Made by a program: the position numbers and the translations under genes. Under the pieces are notes generated by a model. The model did no database searches. It was not told the origin of the DNA and saw nothing but the letters and a program-made list of their open reading frames with translations. Source: Dehalococcoidia bacterium (GTDB lineage Bacteria; Chloroflexota; Dehalococcoidia; Lucifugimonadales; G958296245). Taken from it: a stretch of DNA of 64,000 bases. Below, in pieces: positions 19,031 to 27,993 of this stretch; the stretch's first letter is position 1; each line of letters opens with the position of its first letter. Location: the NCBI GenBank assembly GCA_965262055.1, contig CBDHEI010000001.1:393883-457882 (forward strand), given 5' to 3'.

Positions 19031-20297
19031 TCGTGCATCGTGTCGGCGCTCGCCGTGACCGTCAGGTTGACCGCGAAGTTCCTGCGCCACACCTCCGGGG
19101 TCACGTCACACAGCCGCTGCTCGGCGGTCAGCCACCGGAGCCACGCGTGGTAGCTCCCCGCTGGCAGGGGGCGGGTCGCGACGATCACGAACGGCCAGAC
19201 GCCCGACAGCACGTCGCTGTCCGGCCCCTCCGTGAAGAAGACCTCGCCGCCCTCCGGGCCGGACGCGCGGAACTCCAGCCCCAGCGTCGAGGGCGTCTCC
19301 ATCACCCGCGTCCCCGAGGGCATCCCGGAGGCCATCTCCACCTCCCTGGGGGGGCTCGTCGTCGGGGTCGTCAGGGAGTTGCTGTGCCACTCGTACTTCG
19401 TGACGACGCAGCTGCGGTACGCCTGGGACCCATCGCCGCCAGTCAGCTCGCGCGAGATCTCCGAGACGGTGTCCCGGAGGCTCGAGAGCGTGGCGGTCGG
19501 CGCGCCGCCGACCGTGGGTGGGTCGACCGCCGACCGCCCCACGGAGCCGCCTCCCCCCGCCGACTCGTAGTCGGCGGGGTCGCGCAGCAGGAACCTCTGG
19601 GCCTGCGGCTCGAACCTCACGCCCGTGCCCCCGGAGGGAGCGTCGGCGTCCGGCAGCCAGGCCCTCCACAGCGTCGACGCGACCGTGTAGTCCCACTCGT
19701 GCCCCTCCTCCGCCCGCACCAGCCCCAGGAAGTGGTGGCGCTCGGCCTCATTCCACCGGAGGAACACCACGGCCTCCCTGTCGTCCCACCGGGAGTCCCG
19801 GAGGCCGAGCAGACGCCGACCCAGCTCGGTGGCCCCCTCGACGGTGGACGAGGCGTACTCGTCGCTCGGGTTGTTGAAGCCGTAGGCGTAGGCCACGATC
19901 GTCGTGCTGGCCGTGTCCCCCCTCAGGAGCTCCAGGACGTCGAGGGTGAGGGCCAGCGCCCCGTTGTAGCCGGTGGAGGGTCCGGCGTAGACCTCCGGCA
20001 TCCTGGCGGCAGCCGCCTCGACGCCACGGAGGCGCACCCTCGCCACGATGGAGGACTTCACGATCATCTCCTCCAGCGAGGCCGGGACGTCGAACGCTCG
20101 CCCCCACCAACTCTCGTAGACAACCTCCCCCGGCTCGGCCGTCGGCTCGGCGGTCGGCTCGGCGGTCGGCGGGACGGCCGTGGGGGCCGACGCGCGCGCG
20201 GGCTCCGGCACCGTGGCCGGGGGCCGGGGGCGGGGCCGTCCGAGCACGCCGCGAGCGCGAGCGCCGCGAGCGCGATGAGCGAGCGTATCCTGTGCAT
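18277..20297 (-). CDS. Module 2 partner B2, predicted lipoprotein; apparent frameshift in the C-rich run at about 20220-20237
   Basis: MHRIRSLIALAALALAAC lipobox from 20297 is out of frame with the 656-aa body (18277-20247), which is paralogous to B1 and B3. Confidence 0.75.
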
Positions 20298-20309
20298 CGG
20301 TGCCCTCCC

Positions 20310-21315
20310 CTAGTGAGAGATGTGGTCGCGGTATACCTGTAGCAGGTAGGCCCTGTCACGGTCCGTGAGCACCCGGTTGCCCCCAGCCGTGTGCATCACC
20401 ATCCCAACGTATCGCGGCACGGGGGGGTCCCGGAGGTCGTCCAGGCCGAGGGTGTGCCCCAGTTCGTGGAGGATGACTGCGGGGAGGTAACGGAAGTAGT
20501 CCGTCCCGACTAGCTTCCCGTTGTCCGCCGCCACATCCGTCCAGGTCACGAGCCTGCCCCTCCCGTACGCGGGGTTCTCGATCCTGAAGGTGAGCGCCCC
20601 CATGTGGCCGCTGATCGGGGGCTCGCCGTACATCACGCACGCGATGGTGCGCCCGCAGCCGACGCCGCTCCGGCTCGGTGGGGTGTTGACGCTCCTTGAG
20701 CCCACCACGACCTCGATGTCGGTGACGTGCCCCTCGGAGCCGCTGCAAGACCCCGACTCGCACACCTCCACCAGACCGTTCGAGGCCGCCTCCCACTGCC
20801 CGGCCAGCCCCTCCACGAGCGCGGAGCCCGCCCAGGCGGGCAGGGCGCTAGCGCCCGCCGCCACGGTCGGGCCGGTGTACGCGACCCTGCGGTCCCCCTG
20901 GTGGTGCCCGGCGTGGGTGTACTGTGGCTCCGCCCAAATCAACAGCTGGTAGGTGCTGCCCGCGAGGGGCGCTCGGCTGATCTCCGCCACGACGGTGTAC
21001 CCCCCAGGGGGGACGTTCCTGCCCAGCAGGGACTCCTCCCCGGACCCCTCCCACGTGTCGTCGTTGCTCGCCACCACGGGCGTGTCTGTGGGCGGTGGCG
21101 GCACGGGCGTAGCGGTCGGGGCTGGCGTTAGGATCCAGCAGTAATGAGGGTTGTCGCAGCAATCGAGCTCATCGGGGCCGTCGCAGGGATCGTACCCGCG
21201 GCCGGATGTCGCCGGATCCGCCGCCGCGCTCTGCCGGCGGCTCCTGCGCGTTGACGTAGAGAGCGAACGTGAAGACGGACGCCAGAACGAGCAGACCGAC
21301 TAGCAACCTCACCAT
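20310..21315 (-). pseudogene. Module 2 protease A2 (metzincin-like); signal peptide out of frame, repeat stalk and half of the PPC-like domain missing
   Basis: [17 protein letters not shown]; the frame starting MVRLLVGLLVLASVFTFALYVNAQE ends at TGA while GYDPCDG..NPHYCW continues in another frame. Confidence 0.7.
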
Positions 21316-22540
21316 ACCGGCCTCGCAATGCGAAAGGGGAAATCGGGGTCACTGGGGGCGCTTGGACGCGTTGGCCGACGCTACTTGCGGGTTACGGCAG
21401 TATCGACGCGACACAGTAATCATATCACACCGATACAAGGCCCACACACTTACACTCGCGCAGACATACAAAGACCATGAGACGACTTCCGTCGCAGAGG
21501 TGGAATGCGACCCAACTTAGCCTTCTGTAGGTTAAACGAGCGTCTGGTAAGGCCTCGATATTCGCAGGGTTCGGGCGGCGTGTACAATGCAGCCGCTGGG
21601 ACATCCACCTCCATGAGGGCTCGGAGGGCTGAAGATGGCTGAATACGATTATGACTTGGTGGTCATAGGGTAGGGTCCAGCGGACCAGCGCGCACGCCGA
21701 TCAAACATGCCAGGGCCGGGTCCGGATGCTCGGTACATCCACCCAAGGACGACAACCCTGCTCGAACGGCACGCCCGGCGACCGGCCACAAACATCTACG
21801 GAGGCGTGGATACCTCCAGGTCGGCGGTGGCCAACGTCGTATCACCCTGCTTGAGCACAGCCGTCACAGTCCCCCCAGTACCCGTGCACAGGTGGACCGC
21901 CATCGTCCTGACAAACGACGTGTTCCCCGACGACACCGGTATCGACTGCGCGTGGTAGTAGCACGCCTGATAGTGGAACACGATGCCAACCCCGCCGGCA
22001 GGCTCGTCGTTTACCCTGCTCACCTCGATGGTGTAGCTGTCCGACGACTCCAGGTTCAAGGCCTTCACACTCACCCAAAAGACCTCCCCCACCGCCATCT
22101 CGAGGCTATCCAACACGCTCGCGTCAAGGCTGTCCAGGAACAGTATCACCGGTCTGTCGGTCGGTATCGGAGTGGGTGTCGACGTGGGCGCAGGAGCCGG
22201 TGTGGGTGTGGGCGTAGCCGTCGGTGTGGGGGTAGGCGTGGGCGTGGAGGCATCGTGCCGGCGGACGCGGAGCATCAGCTTGTCCCCGGCGCTCCAGGGC
22301 TGCGTGGGCACCGTCCAGGTCAGCGTGCCGCCGCTCTCGGTCGCGTCGGCGACAATCAGCGACACCGTGGTCGTCCCGTCCAGCCCTATGAAGTCGAGGG
22401 CATGGCCGGTGACGTCTACGGTCAGGCCCGCCGTGACCCGGCCAGCCTGCCCTGAGCCCGCCGAAGGAGGCTGCCATGAGATAGTGCCCACGGTGGTCGT
22501 GCCGGTGACGGCGCCGGCGGCGGCGTACGGATCGAAGAAC
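21097..22540. repeat. Long direct repeat, copy 2
   Basis: Counterpart of 17579-19030. Confidence 0.9.
21635..21694 (+). pseudogene. Second copy of the SthA/Lpd-like 5' remnant
   Basis: Same sequence as 18116-18175, including the TAG. Confidence 0.65.
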
Positions 22541-23802
22541 GACTCCGTCAGGGTTCCGGGCGGTGCGGTCGCGGTGAAAACGTATTCCTCGTCGTGCCTA
22601 GATCCGGGGTAAACGTCGCAGATGGACATTGCGGTGCTTCGAGCAAGGTAGAACACCCGGTAACCCCCCGCCGGCAGCGACCGGGTGGCGACCACATGGC
22701 CCGGCTCCTCCATGCGTATCAGGTCGGCGTCCGGGCCCTCGAACCACTGGCCCGGCCCTGAACCCTCTGGCAGAGGCGGCGGCGGTATACTCCTGAAGGC
22801 GATGGCGAAGGAGTGGAGGATTCCGGCCTTGCCGGACTCGACCGCCTGATCGGTGCGCCAGTAGCTCCAGCCCACCGCCTTGCGACGGCTGATCTCGTGG
22901 TGGAGGTCTGCGATGCAGTCGCTGTAGGTCTCGGCGCTATGACCGGGCGCTGTCCGCTTCACCTCCGCAATCTGGCGCTCGACCGCCGCGATCCGGGCCT
23001 TCAGGTCGGACAGCCCGACGGACGGCACAACCGGGGTAGCCGGTGCTGCGCCCGCCCCTCCTGACCTGGCTGACCCTGCGGCGCTGCGGGTTGTTGCCCA
23101 CGGGCGCAGCCCAGGGTCTTCCGTAAGAAAGCGCTGCTCGACCTTGGGTTCATCACCTTCGCCGGAGCGAACCGCAGCCCTTGTCGTCGTGGCCGTCGTC
23201 GTGGCCGGAATACTCGCGTCGGGGAGCCATGCCTTGAACTCGGTGCTGCGCACCGTGAAGTTGCGGTATGAACGCTCCAGGTCGAGGAGGCCTAGCCAGT
23301 AATAGTCATGGGCGGGGACATGCCTGAGAAACAGGATAGCTTCGCGGTTCTCCCACCGGAGGTCTCGCACTTCCAGCAGGTTCTCGGCGAGCTTGGCTGC
23401 CTTCGCCTGAGTGGTCGCGTAGATAGCCGAATCGTCGTTGAATCCTTCAACATCCGACCCTACTGCATAGGCCGTGACCTGTGAGCCGCCGGAGCCCTTC
23501 AGGTACTCAAGGACCGTGAAGGTGTATTCCAGAGCGGCATAATATCCCGTGTCCTTCGTTGCGCTGGAGGGGTAGTTCTGTGGGGCGCGTTGCCCCACCG
23601 CCCGGACGGACGCGAACCGAACCCGCGCCACGACCTTCGAGCGGGCCGCCATCTCCTCGATGGAGGACGGCCCGACCTGCCCGTACACGTCGGTGGCCAT
23701 GACCAGTTCTTGCGTTCCCCAATTCTTGACCGCGAACAGCGCACCGCCGAGCAGTGCCAGCAGGACAATGACCGCTATGGACACGCTTACGAGTATACGC
23801 AT
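21796..23802 (-). CDS. Module 3 partner B3 (exported or membrane-anchored)
   Basis: 668 aa, hydrophobic N-terminus, strong RBS, paralogous to B1 and B2. Confidence 0.88.
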   Translation of the reverse strand: MRILVSVSIAVIVLLALLGGALFAVKNWGTQELVMATDVYGQVGPSSIEEMAARSKVVARVRFASVRAVGQRAPQNYPSSATKDTGYYAALEYTFTVLEYLKGSGGSQVTAYAVGSDVEGFNDDSAIYATTQAKAAKLAENLLEVRDLRWENREAILFLRHVPAHDYYWLGLLDLERSYRNFTVRSTEFKAWLPDASIPATTTATTTRAAVRSGEGDEPKVEQRFLTEDPGLRPWATTRSAAGSARSGGAGAAPATPVVPSVGLSDLKARIAAVERQIAEVKRTAPGHSAETYSDCIADLHHEISRRKAVGWSYWRTDQAVESGKAGILHSFAIAFRSIPPPPLPEGSGPGQWFEGPDADLIRMEEPGHVVATRSLPAGGYRVFYLARSTAMSICDVYPGSRHDEEYVFTATAPPGTLTESFFDPYAAAGAVTGTTTVGTISWQPPSAGSGQAGRVTAGLTVDVTGHALDFIGLDGTTTVSLIVADATESGGTLTWTVPTQPWSAGDKLMLRVRRHDASTPTPTPTPTATPTPTPAPAPTSTPTPIPTDRPVILFLDSLDASVLDSLEMAVGEVFWVSVKALNLESSDSYTIEVSRVNDEPAGGVGIVFHYQACYYHAQSIPVSSGNTSFVRTMAVHLCTGTGGTVTAVLKQGDTTLATADLEVSTPP

Positions 23803-23814
23803 AGCTTCCCCCCT

Positions 23815-25053
23815 CTAGTGATCATGCTCGCGGACGACCTGGTGCATGTACTGGATGTCTTTGGACGGTACGGTGTTGCGCTTCACGGACGAGCCCATGA
23901 GGTAGCTGGGGAGAGTAGGAAGGTCATCGAGTCCCAACGTGTGCCCGAACTCGTGAAGCATGACCCCGGGCATGTAGGCATATAAGACCCCCATAAACTC
24001 CACGTTATGCAGGTCTGGATCGGAGTCTTGCCAAGTAAATACGCGCCTGTGTGCAGTCGGTGGCTGCTCTATGTCGAATGTCGGTCTGATGTGGATGGGA
24101 GGGCCCAGCAGCACGGGCCACCTTGGTCCGAATTTCGCGCACGCATAACTCCCATTTCCACAGGCCCCGGCGTCGTTGGTCACGGTGATAGGGATCACGT
24201 GGTCGTCGCTGTTCCGGTCGTCGCACAACGTGTCGCTTGCCAGACAGACCCGCTGATTCGGCCAGAAACCTCCGACCGCGACGTTCCAGGCGTTGGCCGC
24301 GCCGCTGATCGACCTGCTGAACAGCCGCCCCACTTCCGTCGCGATCGACGGCATATTGTGGAGGCTGTAGGCAGACGTGCCGTCCGGCTGGTGTCGTCCG
24401 TCATGCGGAATGTGTATCCAGCGCTGGAGCTGGATCGTGAGCACTTTGGAAGCTGTCGCCTGCGAAGGGTCCTTGAGCCGGGCCTCAATGACATGGCTCC
24501 CCGCCTGAAGATGCCGCCCCAAGCGCGAGTCGATGCTCCCGCGGGTCTCCGGGTTATCGTCATTGTACCCCAGGGTCTCCGTGATGGACGTGGCACCCCG
24601 CCCGCGATGCAGTTTCAGTGTGACGTCCAGCCCGGAGCCCTTGATGTCCACCAGAACGTGGGCACCGTGAGACGAGACATAGAAGACGAAATAGCGGCAG
24701 GCCAGGCCCCAGTCGTCCGTGTCGATGATCGTGCTGCCCGGCGTCAGCACCTTGGGGTCCACGTCTCTCTGGGTGCAGGTAGTGGGGTTTGGCGTGGGCG
24801 TGGGTGTCGGCGTGAGGGTAGCCGTCTTGGTCGGTGTCGGCGTCGGTGTTCTGGTCGGTGTCGGGGTAGCCGTCTTGGTCGGTGTCGGCGTCGGTGTTCT
24901 GGTCGGTGTCGGGGTAGCCGTCTTGGTCGGTGTCGGGGTCGGTGTTCTGGTCGGCGTGGGCGTGCTGGTCGGCGGCCAGCAGTGTGGGTTGAAAGCGTAG
25001 TAGTCGGGATCGCTGCAACTCTCTGGGGTAGTCCTGCGCTGGCCTGAGCTCTC
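23815..25053 (-). pseudogene. Module 3 protease A3 (PT/KT stalk, PPC-like domain, metzincin-like domain) with decayed 5' end
   Basis: [16 protein letters not shown]. The frame is open upstream through the stalk and [14 protein letters not shown] to a TAG at about 25054-25056, with no start codon before the stalk. Confidence 0.7.
24790..24970. repeat. 48-bp tandem repeat (about 3 copies) encoding [16 protein letters not shown]
   Basis: GTAGCCGTCTTGG recurs at 24818, 24866 and 24914. Confidence 0.9.
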
Positions 25054-25112
25054 CTACGGGTTAGCGTAGCAGCGAACCTGGCAAAGCGCTCATATCACAC
25101 AAGAAAGAGACC

Positions 25113-25141
25113 TTGACAGCAACGAACGCATGTCCTATTCT
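25113..25141 (+). promoter_or_regulatory. Sigma70 promoter with a LexA-like box in the spacer
   Basis: TTGACA-17 nt-TATTCT; GAAC-GCAT-GTCC at 25124-25135 is one mismatch from GAAC-N4-GTTC. Confidence 0.6.
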
Positions 25142-25234
25142 ATGCCCATGAGAACAGCAGATGACCGCCGCGCCGGGACGCCCCCGCTGGCCCTCGGCCT
25201 GCCAGGAGCCTCGCGGAAAGAGGCCGTTGACGCC

Positions 25235-25314
25235 GTGTCACATCCCGTCACATCGGCGTCCCTTCCAGTCACATCCGTGTCACGTCGTGTCAGGTTCGTA
25301 TCACGCCCCTGTAA
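25235..25314. repeat. Helically phased GTCAC-like repeat array
   Basis: Cores at 25237, 25247, 25258, 25268, 25279, 25289, 25300 and 25311. Confidence 0.7.
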
Positions 25315-25340
25315 GGTGGGCCAAAGCTGAAAGGGGCAAA

Positions 25341-25829
25341 ATGTTACAAAACGTTGCGGACACAGAGAATTCCAGCCCACCCGACGAGCAAGACCGGAGC
25401 GCCGAAGACCTTCCCGCTCCCGCCGATTCTCCACACGCTGACGAGCCGGTCCGTCTCACGCACAGGCAGATCACCGCGCTCCCATACCTCCTCTCCTCCG
25501 GGACGGTAGCAGAAGGGAGCAAGCTGGCTGGTATATCGCGCACCACCTTCTACCGCTGGATGGAAGACGAAGCCTTCAGGGCCCAGTTCGAGGAACTCCG
25601 GGCCGACGTCCAGAGCTACGCCTACGCCGAGCTGCGAGGCCTCACCCTCAAGGGTGCCCTCGTCCTCGCGCAAATGCTCGAAGACCCATCGTCCGCCATT
25701 AGGCTCAAGGCCGCGCAGATGGCCGTCTCCGCGGGCATGAGGGTCGGCGACCAGGCTGACTTCCAGAAGAAGCTCGCCCGCATCGAAGACGCATTCTCAG
25801 TCCACCAGTCGAGAAAGACCATCCTGTGA
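25341..25829 (+). CDS. HTH protein resembling phBC6A51-like / terminase-small-subunit-like proteins
   Basis: LTHRQITAL..LL....VAE....AGISRTTFYRW..DEAF, followed by a helical region with IRLKAA. Confidence 0.65.
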   Translation: MLQNVADTENSSPPDEQDRSAEDLPAPADSPHADEPVRLTHRQITALPYLLSSGTVAEGSKLAGISRTTFYRWMEDEAFRAQFEELRADVQSYAYAELRGLTLKGALVLAQMLEDPSSAIRLKAAQMAVSAGMRVGDQADFQKKLARIEDAFSVHQSRKTIL

Positions 25830-26170
25830 AGGCTAGGCTCAGAGCCCTGGAACGCGCCCTCGTCCTCGAGCTCACCGAGATCGCTCTGGCCGAAGCCCTC
25901 GAGCAGCTCAAGGGCAGGTGGGATCGCGCCGCCTCCGACGGAGGCCCCGAGCCCAGCTCCTTCGACCTCGCCGACGCCCTGCGCGACGCCGGAGTCGCCG
26001 GAGTCCCGGCACTCCCCTACGCCCTTAGCTACGTCGACCGCCACGCCCGCGACGACGGAGGCCCCGACTGCGCCCAGATCTTCAAGATACTCCTGCGAGG
26101 CTCCCCCGTACCCGCCACCCTGGAACGGCCCCAACCCCCAGAGCGGGAATCTACTCCCGGTAGGTCGTAA
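25826..26170 (+). CDS. Hypothetical protein, translationally coupled to the HTH gene
   Basis: GTGA start/stop overlap; begins KARLRALE. Confidence 0.6.
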   Translation: MKARLRALERALVLELTEIALAEALEQLKGRWDRAASDGGPEPSSFDLADALRDAGVAGVPALPYALSYVDRHARDDGGPDCAQIFKILLRGSPVPATLERPQPPERESTPGRS

Positions 26171-27479
26171 CGTCCAGGATGCTCCTCAACAGGCTCAGGT
26201 AGCGCTCCTTCGTCATCGGGGCCTTGTAGGCGGCCTTGATCTCGTGGGCGCGCTTGGCCCCGCCGGAAAGCAGGTCTATGACCGTCATGGCCATCGCCTT
26301 CGCCGCCGTCGGCACGGCCAGCTCGTAGTCGTCTATCAGGTAGTCGGCCCCGTGGGCGCGCCCGGCCGAGGCCCTGACGTACGGGTGGATGACCGGCATC
26401 AGCTGCGATACGTCCCCCATGTCGGTGGAGCCGGAGCGGTGGCCCAGGTCTACGACCTTGTCCGCCCCCACCAGGTCGGAAGCATTGCGCCGGAACAGGT
26501 TGACCATCGACTCGTCGCTGCGGATGGGGAAGTAGCCGGGCAGGGTCTGAATGGTAACGCTCCCCCCCACGGCGAGGGCGCCCGCGCGCAGCGCCCGGTC
26601 CACCTTGGCGGCGGCGGAGGTCACCGCCTCCACGCTGCGGGCGCGCACGAAGGTCTCCAGCCGCACGTCCGCTGGCACCGAGCTCACCGCAGCGCCGCCG
26701 CGTGTGATGATCGGGTGTATTCGCACCGAGTCCTCGTCCCGGTGGGTCTCCCTCTGCGCGTGGATCGCCGTCAGCGCGATCATCGACGCGTTCAGGGCAT
26801 TGACTCCCGCGTGAGGCGCAGCTCCAGCGTGAGCCGCCACCCCCTCGAACCTGACGAGCTTTGCCACCATCCCGTTGTTGGAGCCGCCCACGGCGAACTT
26901 TGCTGTTTCTGGGGAGGACACGGTATGGGTCATCATGGCCATATCCACGTCGTCGAGCGCTCCCAGCCTGATGAACTCCGGCTTGCCCGCCAGGAACTCC
27001 AGCGCGCCGTCCCGCCTCAGCTCGTCCCTGTACCCGATCTCGATATACTCCTCGGCAGGCACGACCACGAGGGCGACGCGCCCCGAAAGCTCCTCCATGA
27101 CACCGGGCGCCATGAGGCCCGTCGCAACCGCCATCAACGCGCCGATCTGGCAGTGGTGGCCGCAGGCGTGTGCCGCCCCGGTCTCGGGGTCGGCGTGAGG
27201 ATGTCCGGGCACGATGAGCGAGTCCAATTCCGCCATCACGGCGACCGTGGGGCCGGGCCTCCCGGAATCGAGAACGGCCTTCAGGCCGGTCACCGCGATG
27301 CCGTCCTCGAACGGGATCGACAGCCGCCTGAACGCCTCGGCGACGCGCGCCGCCGTCTTCACCTCCCGGAACCCGGCCTCGGGCGCGTTCAGTATCTCCT
27401 TGGACAACGCCACAGCCTCGTGCCCGTGGCGGTCTATCTCGGCGCTGGCCGCGCCCTTAAGCTCTTCCGGTGTCATCAT
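26151..27479 (-). CDS. M20-family amidohydrolase
   Basis: PEAGFRE, AELD, HACGH, PAEE, AHAG..PH.G.NAL, GSTDMGDVS. Confidence 0.92.
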   Translation of the reverse strand: MMTPEELKGAASAEIDRHGHEAVALSKEILNAPEAGFREVKTAARVAEAFRRLSIPFEDGIAVTGLKAVLDSGRPGPTVAVMAELDSLIVPGHPHADPETGAAHACGHHCQIGALMAVATGLMAPGVMEELSGRVALVVVPAEEYIEIGYRDELRRDGALEFLAGKPEFIRLGALDDVDMAMMTHTVSSPETAKFAVGGSNNGMVAKLVRFEGVAAHAGAAPHAGVNALNASMIALTAIHAQRETHRDEDSVRIHPIITRGGAAVSSVPADVRLETFVRARSVEAVTSAAAKVDRALRAGALAVGGSVTIQTLPGYFPIRSDESMVNLFRRNASDLVGADKVVDLGHRSGSTDMGDVSQLMPVIHPYVRASAGRAHGADYLIDDYELAVPTAAKAMAMTVIDLLSGGAKRAHEIKAAYKAPMTKERYLSLLRSILDVTTYRE

Positions 27480-27589
27480 GCGCCGCTCCTCTCAAGCATA
27501 ATCGAGCCGCGCCGATTCTAGCAGAGCCTCGATTCCACAAGCTAGGATTGGTATATACCCAAATCTCTCGCTCGAAGAGGGTTGAGAAC

Positions 27590-27802
27590 CTGAGTCTCCA
27601 GGACATACACACAGACCTAGTAGCGGATGAGGTGATCCAGCTACACGCCTTCGCACGGGCGATAGAGACGGGCGAGGGCCGCGACTGGCTTCACAACTCG
27701 GCGCTGGCGACCTGGGTGCTGATGGAGGCGTGCAACGAGTCGGCGCGCACGGGGAGGCGGGTGGACGTGAAGGCGATGCATGATGATGTACTGGGGGGGT
27801 AA
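27590..27802 (+). pseudogene. C-terminal fragment of a Gfo/Idh/MocA-like oxidoreductase
   Basis: L.AFARAIETG...ALAT..LMEAC.ESARTGRRV resembles the family C-terminus; no N-terminal domain; lies near an IS end. Confidence 0.5.
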
Positions 27803-27835
27803 GGGGGCTCGGGTGGCGCTGTTGGTCAGCTTCAC

Positions 27836-27873
27836 CCGTTCGCCCTGAGCTCGTGTGTGGGTCGTTCATGGTT
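27836..27873 (-). repeat. Intergenic REP-like element
   Basis: Reverse complement AACCATGAA..CCC....C.AGCTCAGGGCGAACGG matches 61146-61183. Confidence 0.65.
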
Positions 27874-27993
27874 AGGCAGGCCCGCCTCGTCTACGGCGAT
27901 CTGCTGCCCAACAACAAGGCTTGGGCGCTTCTCCGCTTCCTAGTCGACGGTAGGGCTCCCAGGCTGCACAGATAGACCTACAAACGAGTTCAG

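Noticed and set aside
14165-22540. Diversity-generating retroelement (template/variable repeat pair) in the repeated B C-termini
   Set aside because: No reverse transcriptase or Avd gene in the window, and the differences between copies are not adenine-specific; many are synonymous.
18152-25056. Amber readthrough or pyrrolysine recoding of the in-frame TAGs in the sthA-like remnants and A3
   Set aside because: TAG terminates many normal genes here, no pyl genes are present, and the surrounding sequences are otherwise degraded.
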